Numbered from the stretch's first letter, positions 30,087 through 46,586 are shown. The stretch is DNA of 64,000 nt from Escherichia coli (GCF_044324785.1 NZ_CP172127.1); one strand, 5' to 3'. The notes: generated by a model from the sequence alone, not told the origin. Numbers and translations are program-made.

Positions 30087-31187
30087 ATGCGAGGGAAAAA
30101 ACGCATTGGGTTATTGTTTTTGCTGATAACGGTTGTGGTTGGTGGCGGCGGGTTATTACTGGCGCAAAAAGCCTTACATAAAACGTCGGATACCGCATTT
30201 TGCCTTTCCTGCCACTCGATGAGTAAACCTTTTGAGGAATATCAGGGAACTGTCCACTTTTCTAACCAGAAAGGGATACGTGCGGAATGTGCCGATTGCC
30301 ATATTCCAAAGTCAGGGATGGATTATTTATTTGCTAAATTAAAAGCTTCTAAAGATATTTATCATGAATTTGTTAGCGGCAAAATAGACAGTGACGATAA
30401 GTTCGAAGCGCATCGTCAGGAAATGGCCGAAACAGTATGGAAAGAATTAAAAGCAACTGATTCTGCAACGTGTCGTAGTTGCCATTCTTTTGATGCCATG
30501 GATATTGCCTCGCAAAGTGAATCTGCGCAGAAAATGCATAACAAAGCGCAAAAGGACGGCGAAACCTGTATCGATTGTCATAAAGGCATTGCCCATTTTC
30601 CACCAGAAATAAAAATGGATGACAACGCGGCGCATGAGCTGGAAAGTCAGGCCGCTACTTCAGTTACCAATGGCGCACATATTTATCCTTTCAAACCTTC
30701 TCGTATAGGCGAACTGGCTACCGTGAATCCTGGTACCGATCTCACCGTCGTTGATACCAGTGGCAAACAGCCGATCGTTTTGTTGCAGGGTTATCAAATG
30801 CAGGGCAGTGAAAACACGCTCTACCTGGCGGCAGGTCAACGGCTGGCGCTAGCCACATTAAGTGAAGAAGGTATCAAGGCGCTGACGGTAAACGGGGAAT
30901 GGCAGGCTGACGAGTACGGCAATCAATGGCGTCAGGCGTCTTTACAGGGTGTGCTTACCGATCCCGCATTAGCGGACCGTAAACCGCTATGGCAATACGC
31001 TGAAAAACTTGACGATACCTATTGCGCTGGTTGCCATGCGCCTATTGCCGCCGACCATTACACCGTCAATGCTTGGCCGTCCATTGCCAAAGGTATGGGT
31101 GCGCGAACCAGCATGAGCGAAAACGAACTGGACATTTTGACGCGGTACTTCCAGTACAACGCCAAAGATATTACCGAGAAACAGTGA
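30087..31187 (+). CDS. torY: Pentaheme c-type cytochrome TorY (NapC/NirT family)
   Basis: ORF track 366 aa; multiple CxxCH heme-binding motifs. Confidence 0.93.
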   Translation: MRGKKRIGLLFLLITVVVGGGGLLLAQKALHKTSDTAFCLSCHSMSKPFEEYQGTVHFSNQKGIRAECADCHIPKSGMDYLFAKLKASKDIYHEFVSGKIDSDDKFEAHRQEMAETVWKELKATDSATCRSCHSFDAMDIASQSESAQKMHNKAQKDGETCIDCHKGIAHFPPEIKMDDNAAHELESQAATSVTNGAHIYPFKPSRIGELATVNPGTDLTVVDTSGKQPIVLLQGYQMQGSENTLYLAAGQRLALATLSEEGIKALTVNGEWQADEYGNQWRQASLQGVLTDPALADRKPLWQYAEKLDDTYCAGCHAPIAADHYTVNAWPSIAKGMGARTSMSENELDILTRYFQYNAKDITEKQ

Positions 31188-31211
31188 TCCTCGTTGATCA
31201 GGGAGGAAGTT

Positions 31212-33641
31212 ATGACATTAACAAGACGTGAATTTATTAAACACAGCGGTATTGCCGCTGGGGCGCTGGTGGTGACATCGGCTGCACCGCTACCCGCATG
31301 GGCAGAAGAGAAGGGTGGCAAAATCCTCACCGCGGGCCGTTGGGGAGCGATGAACGTAGAAGTGAAGGACGGCAAGATTGTTTCTTCGACAGGCGCGCTG
31401 GCGAAAACCATACCGAACTCCTTACAGTCTACGGCGGCGGATCAGGTACACACCACGGCGCGTATTCAGCATCCGATGGTGAGAAAAAGCTATCTCGATA
31501 ATCCACTGCAACCAGCGAAAGGTCGTGGCGAAGATACCTATGTACAGGTGAGCTGGGAACACGTATTAAAACTGATTCATGAGCAACACGATCGTATTCG
31601 TAAAGCTAACGGACCATCGGCCATTTTTGCCGGATCTTACGGCTGGCGATCTTCTGGCGTGTTGCATAAAGCGCAAACCTTACTGCAACGTTATATGAAC
31701 CTAGCGGGCGGTTATTCCGGGCATAGCGGCGATTATTCAACCGGGGCGGCACAGGTGATCATGCCGCATGTGGTCGGTTCTGTAGAGGTGTATGAACAGC
31801 AGACCTCCTGGCCGCTGATTCTGGAAAACAGCCAGGTTGTGGTGCTGTGGGGGATGAACCCGCTGAATACCTTAAAAATTGCCTGGAGCAGTACCGATGA
31901 GCAAGGGCTGGAATACTTCCATCAGCTGAAAAAATCTGGCAAACCAGTGATTGCCATTGATCCTATCCGCTCCGAAACCATCGAATTCTTTGGCGATAAT
32001 GCCACCTGGATCGCGCCGAATATGGGCACCGACGTGGCTCTGATGTTAGGTATCGCGCATACCCTGATGACACAAAGCAAACACGATAAAGTGTTCCTTG
32101 AAAAATACACCACCGGGTATCCGCAGTTTGAAGAGTATCTGACAGGTAAGAGCGATAATACGCCGAAGAGCGCGGCCTGGGCGGCGGAAATTACTGGCAT
32201 ACCGGAAGCGCAGATAGTCAAACTCGCTGAACTGATGGCGGCAAATCGCACAATGCTGATGGCAGGCTGGGGAATTCAGCGCCAGCAATATGGTGAACAG
32301 AAACACTGGATGCTGGTGACGCTGGCGGCGATGTTAGGGCAGATTGGTACACCGGGCGGCGGTTTTGGTTTCTCTTATCATTACTCCAACGGTGGCAACC
32401 CGACGCGTGTTGGCGGCGTGCTGCCGGAAATGTCTGCGGCGATTGCCGGACAGGCCAGCGAGGCCGCTGATGATGGCGGAATGACGGCGATTCCTGTTGC
32501 CCGTATCGTTGATGCGCTGGAAAATCCTGGCGGCAAATATCAGCATAACGGTAAAGAACAAACGTATCCGAATATCAAAATGATCTGGTGGGCGGGTGGC
32601 GGTAACTTTACCCATCACCAGGATACTAATCGTCTGATCAAAGCATGGCAGAAACCGGAGATGATCGTCGTTTCTGAATGCTACTGGACCGCAGCTGCTA
32701 AACATGCAGATATCGTATTACCGATCACCACATCGTTTGAGCGCAATGACTTGACGATGACCGGTGATTACAGCAACCAGCATATTGTGCCGATGAAGCA
32801 GGCTGTTGCTCCGCAATTTGAAGCGCGAAACGATTTTGATGTGTTTGCCGATCTTGCGGAATTACTCAAACCTGGCGGAAAAGAGATCTATACCGAAGGT
32901 AAAGATGAAATGGCGTGGCTGAAATTTTTCTATGATGCCGCTCAGAAAGGTGCCCGTGCGCAACGCGTCACTATGCCAATGTTTAATGCCTTCTGGCAGC
33001 AAAATAAACTGATCGAAATGCGCCGCAGCGAGAAGAACGAACAGTACGTTCGTTATGGTGATTTCCGCGCCGATCCGGTGAAAAATGCGCTGGGTACGCC
33101 AAGCGGCAAAATTGAGATTTACTCCAAAACGCTGGAAAAATTTGGCTATAAGGATTGCCCGGCACACCCAACCTGGCTTGCGCCTGATGAGTGGAAAGGT
33201 TCCGCCGACGAGAAGCAGTTGCAGCTTCTGACCGCACATCCGGCACACCGTTTACACAGTCAGCTTAACTATGCGGAACTGCGTAAAAAATATGCGGTTG
33301 CCGATCGTGAACCGATCACTATTCACACCGAAGATGCTGCTCGCTTTGGTATTGCGAATGGCGATCTGGTGCGTGTCTGGAACAAACGTGGTCAGATTCT
33401 GACAGGCGCGGTGGTGACTGACGGGATCAAAAAAGGCGTGGTATGCGTGCATGAAGGTGCATGGCCAGATCTGGAAAATGGCTTGTGTAAAAACGGCAGT
33501 GCGAACGTGTTAACGGCGGATATCCCCAGCTCTCAGCTGGCAAATGCCTGTGCCGGTAACTCTGCGCTGGTGTATATCGAAAAATATACGGGCAATGCAC
33601 CGAAGTTAACGGCGTTTGATCAGCCAGCTGTTCAGGCATAA
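31212..33641 (+). CDS. torZ: Trimethylamine-N-oxide reductase 2, molybdoenzyme TorZ (Tat signal)
   Basis: ORF track 31194..33641; start [10 protein letters not shown] at 31212 (809 aa) with twin-arginine motif. Confidence 0.93.
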   Translation: MTLTRREFIKHSGIAAGALVVTSAAPLPAWAEEKGGKILTAGRWGAMNVEVKDGKIVSSTGALAKTIPNSLQSTAADQVHTTARIQHPMVRKSYLDNPLQPAKGRGEDTYVQVSWEHVLKLIHEQHDRIRKANGPSAIFAGSYGWRSSGVLHKAQTLLQRYMNLAGGYSGHSGDYSTGAAQVIMPHVVGSVEVYEQQTSWPLILENSQVVVLWGMNPLNTLKIAWSSTDEQGLEYFHQLKKSGKPVIAIDPIRSETIEFFGDNATWIAPNMGTDVALMLGIAHTLMTQSKHDKVFLEKYTTGYPQFEEYLTGKSDNTPKSAAWAAEITGIPEAQIVKLAELMAANRTMLMAGWGIQRQQYGEQKHWMLVTLAAMLGQIGTPGGGFGFSYHYSNGGNPTRVGGVLPEMSAAIAGQASEAADDGGMTAIPVARIVDALENPGGKYQHNGKEQTYPNIKMIWWAGGGNFTHHQDTNRLIKAWQKPEMIVVSECYWTAAAKHADIVLPITTSFERNDLTMTGDYSNQHIVPMKQAVAPQFEARNDFDVFADLAELLKPGGKEIYTEGKDEMAWLKFFYDAAQKGARAQRVTMPMFNAFWQQNKLIEMRRSEKNEQYVRYGDFRADPVKNALGTPSGKIEIYSKTLEKFGYKDCPAHPTWLAPDEWKGSADEKQLQLLTAHPAHRLHSQLNYAELRKKYAVADREPITIHTEDAARFGIANGDLVRVWNKRGQILTGAVVTDGIKKGVVCVHEGAWPDLENGLCKNGSANVLTADIPSSQLANACAGNSALVYIEKYTGNAPKLTAFDQPAVQA

Positions 33642-33692
33642 GACGTGAAAAGCGCCCGGAAACGGGCGCTGAGGTTATGCAAACGTAAAACT

Positions 33693-33791
33693 GCCTGATG
33701 CGCTATGCTTATAAGGCCTACATAGTCCCTGCAATATATTGAATTAGCAAGATTTTGTAGGCCGGATAAGGCGTTCACGCCGCATCCGGCA
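33693..33791. repeat. REP/BIME element between convergent torZ and cmoB
   Basis: gtaggccggataaggcgttcacgccgcatccggca is a near-consensus REP; a second degenerate unit lies upstream. Confidence 0.7.
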
Positions 33792-33805
33792 GTAATACCA
33801 GACCT

Positions 33806-35953
<2,148 letters not shown>

Positions 35954-36005
35954 ACAAACTCCCTTTAAAATGGCCGATGGCACCTGTCTATGATAGGTGG
36001 CAAAT

Positions 36006-36824
36006 TCAGAAAAGAGAAGATTGCTGTGGAATAGCCGGAACTGCTCCGATCTCTGGAAGCGTTTTACGTAAGTCTTCCCACAGGGTATGTACCAGTTCCG
36101 GGGCCTGGGCAATATCTGGCGTATGTAAAAAAAGATAAGGCGTAGTGGTCTGATGCCACTGCGCTAATTTTTGTAACCAGACCTGAAATAATTCCCGGTT
36201 TTGCGTCATATCATCACTACCGATAAAACGGATCAGCGGATTTGTCGCCGTCAGTACAGCATGTACCGGAACTTTAGGTTTTTTTCGTTGAGCGTCGCGA
36301 ATAGCTTCACTGTGTGGACGTGCTGCATGAACCGGGCGGCTGTCTAAAATCACCCGATTAACGCCGCGCTGATGTAAACCGCGATTAAGTGTTTGTTCCT
36401 CTTCCCCTTTGGCGAAAAACTGTGGATGGCGGACTTCCACACCATAATTAAACTCGCCGGGAAGAGAGTCGAGAAAATGCCAAAGCGCAGGCAGATCCCG
36501 TGGGCCAAATGTGGCAGGCAGTTGCAGCCAGTATTGCCCAATGCGCGGCGCTAACGGTGACATGCGGGTCAAAAATTCAGTCACTAAATCATCGCAATGC
36601 CGTAATGCTGCCTGATGCGAAATGGTCGCCGGAAACTTAAAACAGAAGCGAAAATTATCTGTGGTCTGCTCACGCCAGCGCAGGACAACCTCGGATTTCG
36701 GCAGGGCGTAAAGCGTGGTGTTGCCCTCCACACAGTTAAAGTGGCGGGCATACTCTTCAAGGCTGGTGATCCCCAACCGCACCCATTTAGGATGCGACCA
36801 TTGCGGCAGACCGATGTAAATCAT
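36006..36824 (-). CDS. yecE: DUF72-family protein YecE
   Basis: ORF track 272 aa. Confidence 0.9.
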   Translation of the reverse strand: MIYIGLPQWSHPKWVRLGITSLEEYARHFNCVEGNTTLYALPKSEVVLRWREQTTDNFRFCFKFPATISHQAALRHCDDLVTEFLTRMSPLAPRIGQYWLQLPATFGPRDLPALWHFLDSLPGEFNYGVEVRHPQFFAKGEEEQTLNRGLHQRGVNRVILDSRPVHAARPHSEAIRDAQRKKPKVPVHAVLTATNPLIRFIGSDDMTQNRELFQVWLQKLAQWHQTTTPYLFLHTPDIAQAPELVHTLWEDLRKTLPEIGAVPAIPQQSSLF

Positions 36825-37387
36825 AATGCGTGGAGGATCTCTTCCACACTGCGCACACGGGCGATGCGTGGGTAGATATGGGTGATGCTGTTATTGTGCT
36901 GCTCGGCGCTGGCGGCGCTGCAGGCGTCTTCGGCAATCACCAGATTAAAACCGAGTTCCCAGGCATTGCGGGCGGTGGATTCAACACCGATATTGGTCGA
37001 GATCCCACATAATACTATTGTATCGATACCCCGGCGGCGTAATTGCAACTCCAGATCCGTACCGTAAAACGCACCCCATTGACGTTTGATGATTTCGATA
37101 TCACTGTCAGTTGCACCTAATGCAGCAGGATGTTGCCACCAGTTTTCGGGCAACACTTTAGCGGGGGAAGGGGCATCAACCGGCTGTTTTAATGCTTCGG
37201 CATAATCGGCAGACCAGCCAACGCGCACCAGAAACACGGGCTGACCGCTGGCGCGAAATTTCGCCGCCAGCTGCCCGGCGCGAATAACCACCTCATCGGC
37301 AGTATGTGGACCTCCGGCAAAAGGTAAGATGCCTTCTTGTAAATCAATCACCACCAGCGCGGTGGTTTTAGCATTAAGTTCAAGCAT
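36821..37387 (-). CDS. yecD: Isochorismatase-family hydrolase YecD
   Basis: ORF track 36821..37402; start [15 protein letters not shown] (188 aa). Confidence 0.9.
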   Translation of the reverse strand: MLELNAKTTALVVIDLQEGILPFAGGPHTADEVVIRAGQLAAKFRASGQPVFLVRVGWSADYAEALKQPVDAPSPAKVLPENWWQHPAALGATDSDIEIIKRQWGAFYGTDLELQLRRRGIDTIVLCGISTNIGVESTARNAWELGFNLVIAEDACSAASAEQHNNSITHIYPRIARVRSVEEILHAL

Positions 37388-37696
37388 GATGACTCCTGAC
37401 AAAACAAAATCGTGCCTCTCACCTTAATGCGATTAGCCGATGGCGGAACGACAAATTTTGTTAATTTTTATGAGTTCGGGCAACACCTTTATAGCAAACT
37501 GGCGTAGAGTCTGATTTCAGGCCCGATATAAAGTGGTAACGAGGCGTTCCAGCGCGGGCCAGGCTCTTACGGTGCGGCAGAATTTCCAGTATAATAGCCG
37601 CCTTTTTTCATTCAGTTGTGACATACAGCTAACGCTGCGACTTGGTCACCTGCGCAGCAGGGGGCATCCGCCGGCAGCTAAGTTAAGGGATATCTC

Positions 37697-39469
37697 ATGC
37701 GTACAGAATATTGTGGACAGCTCCGTTTGTCCCACGTGGGGCAGCAGGTGACTCTGTGTGGTTGGGTCAACCGTCGTCGTGATCTTGGTAGCCTGATCTT
37801 CATCGATATGCGCGACCGCGAAGGTATCGTGCAGGTATTTTTCGATCCGGATCGTGCGGACGCGTTAAAGCTGGCCTCTGAACTGCGTAATGAGTTCTGC
37901 ATTCAGGTCACGGGCACCGTACGTGCGCGTGACGAAAAAAATATTAACCGCGATATGGCGACCGGCGAAATCGAAGTGCTGGCGTCCTCGCTGACTATCA
38001 TCAACCGCGCAGATGTTCTGCCGCTTGACTCTAACCACGTCAACACCGAAGAAGCGCGTCTGAAATACCGCTACCTCGACCTGCGTCGCCCGGAAATGGC
38101 TCAGCGCCTGAAAACCCGCGCTAAAATCACCAGCCTGGTGCGCCGTTTTATGGATGACCACGGCTTCCTCGACATCGAAACTCCGATGCTGACCAAAGCC
38201 ACGCCGGAAGGCGCGCGTGACTACCTGGTGCCTTCTCGTGTGCACAAAGGTAAATTCTACGCACTGCCGCAATCCCCGCAGTTGTTCAAACAGCTGCTGA
38301 TGATGTCCGGCTTTGACCGTTACTATCAGATCGTTAAATGCTTCCGTGACGAAGACCTGCGCGCTGATCGTCAGCCTGAATTTACTCAGATCGATGTGGA
38401 AACTTCTTTCATGACCGCGCCGCAAGTGCGTGAAGTGATGGAAGCGCTGGTGCGTCATCTGTGGCTGGAAGTGAAGGGCGTGGATCTGGGTGATTTCCCG
38501 GTAATGACCTTTGCAGAAGCAGAACGCCGTTATGGTTCTGATAAACCGGATCTGCGTAACCCGATGGAACTGACCGACGTTGCCGATCTGCTGAAATCCG
38601 TTGAATTTGCAGTATTTGCAGGTCCGGCGAACGATCCGAAAGGCCGTGTTGCCGCTCTGCGTGTTCCGGGTGGCGCATCGCTGACCCGTAAACAGATCGA
38701 CGAATACGGTAACTTCGTTAAAATCTACGGCGCGAAAGGTCTGGCTTACATCAAAGTTAACGAACGCACGAAAGGTCTGGAAGGTATCAACAGCCCGGTA
38801 GCGAAGTTCCTTAATGCAGAAATCATCGAAGCCATCCTGGATCGTACTGCCGCGCAAGATGGCGATATGATTTTCTTCGGTGCCGACAACAAGAAAATTG
38901 TTGCCGACGCGATGGGTGCACTGCGCCTGAAAGTGGGTAAAGACCTTGGTCTGACCGACGAAAGCAAATGGGCACCGCTGTGGGTTATCGACTTCCCGAT
39001 GTTTGAAGACGACGGTGAAGGCGGCCTGACGGCAATGCACCATCCGTTCACCTCACCGAAAGACATGACTGCTGCAGAACTGAAAGCTGCACCAGAAAAT
39101 GCGGTGGCGAACGCTTACGATATGGTCATCAATGGTTACGAAGTGGGCGGTGGTTCAGTACGTATCCATAATGGTGATATGCAGCAGACGGTGTTTGGTA
39201 TTCTGGGTATCAACGAAGAGGAACAGCGCGAGAAATTCGGCTTCCTGCTCGACGCCCTGAAATACGGTACTCCGCCGCACGCAGGTCTGGCATTCGGTCT
39301 TGACCGTCTGACCATGCTGCTGACCGGCACCGACAATATCCGTGACGTTATCGCCTTCCCGAAAACCACGGCGGCAGCATGTCTGATGACTGAAGCACCG
39401 AGCTTTGCTAACCCGACTGCACTGGCTGAGCTGAGCATTCAGGTTGTGAAGAAGGCAGAGAATAACTGA
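37697..39469 (+). CDS. aspS: Aspartate--tRNA ligase AspS
   Basis: ORF track 590 aa. Confidence 0.97.
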   Translation: MRTEYCGQLRLSHVGQQVTLCGWVNRRRDLGSLIFIDMRDREGIVQVFFDPDRADALKLASELRNEFCIQVTGTVRARDEKNINRDMATGEIEVLASSLTIINRADVLPLDSNHVNTEEARLKYRYLDLRRPEMAQRLKTRAKITSLVRRFMDDHGFLDIETPMLTKATPEGARDYLVPSRVHKGKFYALPQSPQLFKQLLMMSGFDRYYQIVKCFRDEDLRADRQPEFTQIDVETSFMTAPQVREVMEALVRHLWLEVKGVDLGDFPVMTFAEAERRYGSDKPDLRNPMELTDVADLLKSVEFAVFAGPANDPKGRVAALRVPGGASLTRKQIDEYGNFVKIYGAKGLAYIKVNERTKGLEGINSPVAKFLNAEIIEAILDRTAAQDGDMIFFGADNKKIVADAMGALRLKVGKDLGLTDESKWAPLWVIDFPMFEDDGEGGLTAMHHPFTSPKDMTAAELKAAPENAVANAYDMVINGYEVGGGSVRIHNGDMQQTVFGILGINEEEQREKFGFLLDALKYGTPPHAGLAFGLDRLTMLLTGTDNIRDVIAFPKTTAAACLMTEAPSFANPTALAELSIQVVKKAENN

Positions 39470-39586
39470 TATGACTCAAATACACGAAATCATTCGCGTT
39501 GCATCGAGGCGGCAACTGAGTGAACTCCCATGAGCATAGATAACTATGTGAATGGGATGAGCGAAGGCAGTCAACGAAGAGGCAGC

Positions 39587-40039
39587 GTGAAGGATAAAGT
39601 GTATAAGCGTCCCGTTTCGATCTTAGTGGTCATCTATGCACAAGATACGAAACGGGTGCTGATGTTGCAGCGGCGTGACGATCCCGATTTCTGGCAGTCG
39701 GTAACCGGCAGCGTGGAAGAGGGTGAAACCGCGCCGCAAGCTGCCATGCGCGAAGTAAAGGAAGAGGTCACCATCGATGTTGTCGCTGAACAACTGACCT
39801 TAATTGACTGTCAGCGCACGGTAGAATTTGAAATTTTTTCACATTTACGTCATCGCTATGCGCCGGGCGTGACGCGTAATACGGAATCATGGTTCTGTCT
39901 TGCGCTCCCGCACGAACGCCAGGTCGTCTTCACTGAACATCTGGCCTACAAGTGGCTTGATGCGCCTGCTGCGGCGGCGCTCACTAAGTCCTGGAGCAAC
40001 CGGCAGGCGATTGAACAGTTTGTCATTAACGCTGCCTGA
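39587..40039 (+). CDS. nudB: Dihydroneopterin triphosphate diphosphatase NudB (Nudix)
   Basis: ORF track 39530..40039; GTG start at 39587 (150 aa); Nudix box [21 protein letters not shown]. Confidence 0.9.
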
Positions 40040-40067
40040 ACAGGCAGGGCTATCTGGAGATATTTTT

Positions 40068-40808
40068 ATGGCAGGTCATAGTAAATGGGCCAACACCAGA
40101 CATCGTAAAGCTGCGCAGGATGCTAAGCGCGGTAAAATCTTCACTAAAATCATTCGTGAGCTGGTAACTGCAGCTAAGCTCGGCGGTGGCGATCCGGACG
40201 CTAACCCGCGTCTGCGTGCAGCAATTGATAAAGCATTGTCTAACAACATGACCCGTGACACTCTGAACCGCGCAATTGCACGTGGTGTGGGCGGTGATGA
40301 TGATGCAAACATGGAAACCATCATCTACGAAGGTTACGGTCCTGGCGGCACGGCAATCATGATTGAATGTCTGTCTGACAACCGCAACCGTACCGTTGCT
40401 GAAGTGCGTCATGCATTCAGCAAATGTGGCGGTAACCTCGGTACTGATGGTTCCGTAGCTTATCTGTTCAGCAAAAAAGGCGTGATCTCCTTCGAGAAAG
40501 GCGATGAAGACACCATCATGGAAGCAGCACTGGAAGCAGGTGCTGAAGACGTTGTGACCTATGATGACGGCGCGATTGATGTCTACACTGCATGGGAAGA
40601 AATGGGTAAAGTGCGCGACGCTCTGGAAGCGGCAGGTCTGAAAGCAGACAGCGCGGAAGTTTCCATGATCCCGTCCACCAAAGCTGATATGGATGCAGAA
40701 ACCGCACCGAAACTGATGCGTCTGATCGATATGCTGGAAGATTGCGACGACGTGCAGGAAGTCTACCATAACGGTGAAATCTCTGATGAGGTTGCAGCGA
40801 CTCTCTGA
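40068..40808 (+). CDS. yebC: YebC/PmpR-family transcriptional regulator
   Basis: ORF track 39900..40808; start [14 protein letters not shown] at 40068 (246 aa). Confidence 0.93.
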
Positions 40809-40842
40809 TGGGGCCTGCTAAACAGCAAAACGGAGACGCGTG

Positions 40843-41364
40843 ATGGCTATTATTCTCGGCATTGACCCGGGTTCGCGCGTGACCGGCTATGGCGTCATCC
40901 GCCAGGTAGGCAGGCAATTGTCCTACCTGGGTAGCGGATGCATACGCACCAAAGTGGATGATTTACCGTCTCGTCTGAAGCTCATCTATGCGGGCGTGAC
41001 GGAAATCATCACCCAGTTCCAGCCTGATTATTTCGCCATTGAACAAGTCTTTATGGCGAAGAACGCTGACTCAGCCCTGAAACTGGGTCAGGCGCGCGGC
41101 GTGGCGATTGTGGCGGCGGTGAATCAGGAATTACCAGTATTTGAATACGCGGCACGTCAGGTAAAGCAAACGGTGGTAGGTATTGGTAGTGCCGAAAAAA
41201 GCCAGGTGCAGCATATGGTCCGCACCTTGCTGAAACTGCCCGCTAACCCGCAGGCGGACGCCGCCGATGCGTTAGCTATCGCGATTACCCACTGCCACGT
41301 CAGTCAGAATGCGATGCAGATGAGCGAATCGCGGCTGAACCTGGCGAGAGGGCGACTGCGTTAA
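40843..41364 (+). CDS. ruvC: Holliday junction resolvase RuvC
   Basis: ORF track 40840..41364 (173 aa). Confidence 0.95.
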
Positions 41365-41365
41365 G

Positions 41366-41968
41366 TTATACCGCCTCGGTCAGTTCCGGCTGAGGCGTTT
41401 CCACTCCCTCCGCATGAATCAACACCAAACCCGGATGATGCCACAAACTGGCTGGCGTGACGGTTTTACGCTCCCACGGAATAGAACCTAAGAACCAGAA
41501 TTTCCAGAAAGTGAGTTTTGCATTCGGATTGCTATTTAACAGTTCTCCAAACGTCTCTATTTCACCCACCGGAATACATAGCGCCTCTTTATAAATATCA
41601 AAAACAAATTTTGAACAGAACTGGCGCGAAGATTCGTATTTAAAACCGGTGTGGTAAAGTTTGCGTAACCGGGAGGGAACCTGTTCAACAATTCGTTGTT
41701 TTTGTTGTTGTGTTAGCCCGGCGTCTAATCGTTTTATAGCATAGCGTTGATTAGCAGAACGTTTAATAAAACGAGACAGCGTGGTGATAGTTGAAAGGGG
41801 AACCCGGCTTTCTGCAACCAGGAAGTCTTCACCGTTATGACCGATAATGATCCCGACGTGATTACTCCAGCAATTTGATGCAGCTGATATTTGACCAAAT
41901 AAGGCAGCACCTATACATGTAAAGACGATATCACCAATTTCATATTCAGCAGGGTAATTAATATTCAT
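41366..41968 (-). CDS. yebB: DUF830-family protein YebB
   Basis: ORF track 41366..42067; start trimmed to [10 protein letters not shown] (200 aa). Confidence 0.8.
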   Translation of the reverse strand: MNINYPAEYEIGDIVFTCIGAALFGQISAASNCWSNHVGIIIGHNGEDFLVAESRVPLSTITTLSRFIKRSANQRYAIKRLDAGLTQQQKQRIVEQVPSRLRKLYHTGFKYESSRQFCSKFVFDIYKEALCIPVGEIETFGELLNSNPNAKLTFWKFWFLGSIPWERKTVTPASLWHHPGLVLIHAEGVETPQPELTEAV

Positions 41969-42173
41969 GTTGTCATTCCATTGAAATAGATATGAATATA
42001 CGTAATAGCATAAATAATTTATTTTTTCAGGAGGCGCAATGTATATTTTAATTACGCATTTCTTCACTGAATATGTAATATTTAAATATTTGCTTCCAAT
42101 ATAACCTGTAGAAAAAATTCTACTGCGTCATTTTTCAGAACATCGGGACGCCTCGCAAGTTTTCTTCATCCTT

Positions 42174-42193
42174 CGCTGGATATCTATCCAGCA
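42174..42193. promoter_or_regulatory. LexA (SOS) box upstream of ruvAB: CTGG-N8-CCAG core
   Basis: cgctggatatctatccagca; palindromic CTG-N10-CAG pattern 50 bp upstream of ruvA. Confidence 0.7.
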
Positions 42194-42242
42194 TTTTTTT
42201 ATCATACAGCATTATCTTTGATTCATTACGCAGGAGCGTCAT

Positions 42243-42854
42243 GTGATAGGCAGACTCAGAGGCATCATCATTGAAAAACAACCCCCGCTGGTGTTAATTG
42301 AAGTGGGCGGCGTAGGCTATGAAGTGCATATGCCGATGACCTGTTTTTATGAACTCCCTGAAGCGGGTCAGGAAGCGATCGTTTTCACCCACTTTGTGGT
42401 GCGTGAAGACGCGCAATTGCTGTACGGTTTTAACAATAAACAAGAGCGCACGTTGTTCAAAGAGTTGATCAAAACCAACGGCGTCGGCCCGAAGTTGGCG
42501 CTGGCGATCCTCTCTGGAATGTCAGCGCAGCAGTTCGTTAATGCCGTTGAGCGTGAAGAAGTGGGGGCGCTGGTGAAACTGCCGGGTATTGGCAAAAAAA
42601 CCGCCGAACGCTTGATTGTTGAAATGAAAGACCGATTTAAAGGTTTGCATGGCGATCTCTTTACGCCAGCCGCCGACCTGGTACTCACATCACCTGCCAG
42701 CCCGGCGACCGACGATGCTGAACAGGAAGCGGTTGCCGCGCTGGTGGCGCTGGGCTATAAACCACAAGAAGCAAGCCGCATGGTGAGCAAAATCGCTCGC
42801 CCTGACGCCAGCAGTGAAACATTAATTCGCGAAGCCCTACGCGCCGCGTTATGA
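42243..42854 (+). CDS. ruvA: Holliday junction branch migration protein RuvA
   Basis: ORF track 203 aa (GTG start). Confidence 0.95.
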   Translation: MIGRLRGIIIEKQPPLVLIEVGGVGYEVHMPMTCFYELPEAGQEAIVFTHFVVREDAQLLYGFNNKQERTLFKELIKTNGVGPKLALAILSGMSAQQFVNAVEREEVGALVKLPGIGKKTAERLIVEMKDRFKGLHGDLFTPAADLVLTSPASPATDDAEQEAVAALVALGYKPQEASRMVSKIARPDASSETLIREALRAAL

Positions 42855-42859
42855 GGTAA

Positions 42860-43873
<1,014 letters not shown>

Positions 43874-44004
43874 GTCGGATTGGTCGCTCGCGGTGCATCC
43901 GACACTGGCAGTGTTGCCTGATGCGCCGCTATTCGCGTCTTATCAGGCATATACCAGAGATAGCGAACCATAGGTCGGATAAGGCGCTCGCGCCGCATCC
44001 GACA
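43874..44004. repeat. BIME cluster of three REP-like palindromic units between ruvB and znuB
   Basis: gtcggattggtcgctcgcggtgcatccgaca / gcctgatgcgccgctattcgcgtcttatcaggc / gtcggataaggcgctcgcgccgcatccgaca. Confidence 0.7.
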
Positions 44005-44022
44005 AATGTGTTCAGCGATAGA

Positions 44023-44808
44023 TTAGCTGGCTTGCTTTTTCATCATACTGATAATAAATAACAGTGCCGCACATAGCACCACCGACGGACCCGCCGGCGT
44101 ATCGTAAAATGCGGAAAAGGTTAAACCGCCAGTTACTGCCACCATTCCCACCAAAACAGCGACACCGGCCATCTGTTCCGGCGTGCGGGCAAAGCGACGC
44201 GCAGTAGCTGCAGGAATAATTAGCAACGAAGTAATAATCAACGCGCCGACAAATTTCATCGCTACACCAATCGTCAATGCCGTCACCAGCATCAACAACA
44301 ATTTCACGCGCTGTAATTTCACTCCATCAACAAACGCCAGATCCGGGCTAATCGTCATCGACAGCAAATTGCGCCATTGCCAGAACAAAATCGCCACCAC
44401 GATGACCACGCCAATTGCAATAGAGATGAGATCTTCTGGCGTCACTGCCAGCAAATCACCGAACAGGTAAGCCATCAAATCAACACGAATATTAGACATC
44501 AGACTAACGACAACCAGGCCCAGCGACAGGGCACTGTGCGCCATAATCCCTAATAACGTGTCGATCGCCAGCTGTGGACGCTTCTCCAGCCATACCAGAC
44601 CGCCCGCCAGCAGCAGCGTAACTGCAATCACCGCATAGAATGGATTCACGTCCAGCAACAAACCAAACGCGACGCCAAGTAATGAGGCATGAGCCAGCGT
44701 ATCACCGAAATAAGACATACGACGCCAGACCACAAACGAACCCAGCGGACCCGCGGCACAGGCGAGCATGATCCCGGCTAACCAACCGGGAAATAATAAT
44801 TCAATCAT
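44023..44808 (-). CDS. znuB: Zinc ABC transporter permease ZnuB
   Basis: ORF track 261 aa. Confidence 0.95.
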
Positions 44809-45560
44809 GAGCGATCATTTCCCCGACGCAAAACAATTCGTCCCTGTAAATCGTGACGATGATTATGATGATGGCGATAGATACCCAGTTGTTCAGCACC
44901 ACGAGGACCAAACATAGAAATAAACTCCGGATGCAGGGAAACAACTTCCGGTGTACCGGAACAACAAATGTGGTGATTCAGGCAAAGCACTTCATCGGTT
45001 TTTGCCATTACCAGATGCAGATCGTGAGAGACCATTAAAACGCCACAATCCAGTTCGCGACGCAACTGGTCAATAAGGTCATATAACGCCACCTGACCAT
45101 TCACATCCACGCCCTGAGTGGGTTCATCCAGCACTAATAATTGCGGTCGATTTAACAATGCTCGCGCTAACAATACACGCTGTGTTTCGCCACCCGAGAG
45201 CTTTTGCATCGGTGCGTTAATCAGATGCCCGGCCTGGACACGTTTCAGTGCAGGCAAAATATCTTCTTTATGTGTGCCAGGGCGTAAGCGTAAAAAACGG
45301 TTTACGGTCAGTGGCAACGTGGTGTCGAGATACAGCTTCTGCGGTACATAGCCGATGCGCAGTTTTCCGTTGCGCTTGATAACCCCTTCATCGGGTGTTA
45401 CCAGCCCGAGCACTACCCGTACCAGTGTCGACTTACCTGCGCCATTTGGCCCAAGTAAAGTCAAAATTTTTCCAGGTTTAAGTTCCAGCGACACATCAGA
45501 GAGGACGCGGCGTTGGCCAAAAGAAACCGAGACATTTTCCAGGGAAACCAGACTTGTCAT
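44805..45560 (-). CDS. znuC: Zinc ABC transporter ATP-binding protein ZnuC
   Basis: ORF track 251 aa; Walker [10 protein letters not shown]. Confidence 0.95.
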
Positions 45561-45586
45561 GTTAATTTTAGTCTTGCAGTAGTCAT

Positions 45587-45609
45587 GAAATGTTATAATA
45601 TCACACTTC
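45587..45609. promoter_or_regulatory. Zur box in the znuCB/znuA divergent promoter region
   Basis: gaaatgttataatatcacacttc resembles the GAAATGTTATA-N-TATAACATTTC Zur operator consensus. Confidence 0.65.
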
Positions 45610-45638
45610 TCATATTCATTACGATGATTGGTCGCATT

Positions 45639-46571
45639 ATGTTACATAAAAAAACGCTTCTTTTCGCAGCATTATCCGCCGCTCTCTGGGGCGGTGCAAC
45701 ACAGGCCGCAGATGCTGCCGTTGTCGCTTCGCTTAAACCCGTTGGGTTCATCGCTTCTGCCATTGCTGATGGGGTAACAGAAACGGAGGTTTTACTACCT
45801 GACGGCGCTTCAGAACATGATTATTCACTGCGTCCATCAGATGTAAAACGCTTACAGAACGCGGACTTAGTCGTTTGGGTTGGCCCGGAGATGGAAGCGT
45901 TCATGCAAAAACCGGTAAGTAAATTACCTGAAGCGAAACAGGTAACGATTGCGCAGCTAGAGAATGTGAAACCGCTGCTGATGAAAAGTATTCACGGCGA
46001 TGATGATGATCACGACCACGCGGAAAAAAGTGACGAAGATCACCATCACGGCGATTTCAACATGCATCTTTGGCTTTCCCCAGAGATAGCGCGGGCTACA
46101 GCGGTTGCAATCCATGGAAAATTAGTGGAACTTATGCCGCAAAGTCGAGCCAAACTTGACGCCAACCTGAAGGATTTTGAGGCACAATTAGCCTCAACCG
46201 AAAAGCAGGTTGGTAACGAGCTCGCGCCGCTCAAGGGGAAAGGTTATTTCGTTTTTCACGATGCTTACGGCTATTTCGAAAAACAGTTCGGACTGACACC
46301 GCTTGGTCATTTTACCGTTAACCCTGAGATTCAACCTGGCGCGCAGCGTTTACATGAAATAAGAACACAGTTGGTTGAGCAAAAAGCAACCTGCGTTTTT
46401 GCTGAGCCACAGTTCAGGCCAGCGGTCGTTGAGAGCGTCGCACGAGGGACATCCGTTCGTATGGGAACGTTGGATCCCCTGGGGACGAATATCAAACTGG
46501 GTAAAACAAGCTATTCAGAATTCCTGAATCAATTAGCCAACCAGTATGCGAGCTGCCTGAAAGGAGATTAA
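45639..46571 (+). CDS. znuA: Zinc ABC transporter periplasmic binding protein ZnuA (His-rich loop)
   Basis: ORF track 45513..46571; start [10 protein letters not shown] at 45639 (310 aa); His/Asp-rich segment [21 protein letters not shown]. Confidence 0.93.
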
Positions 46572-46586
46572 TGAGGAAGTGATTAC

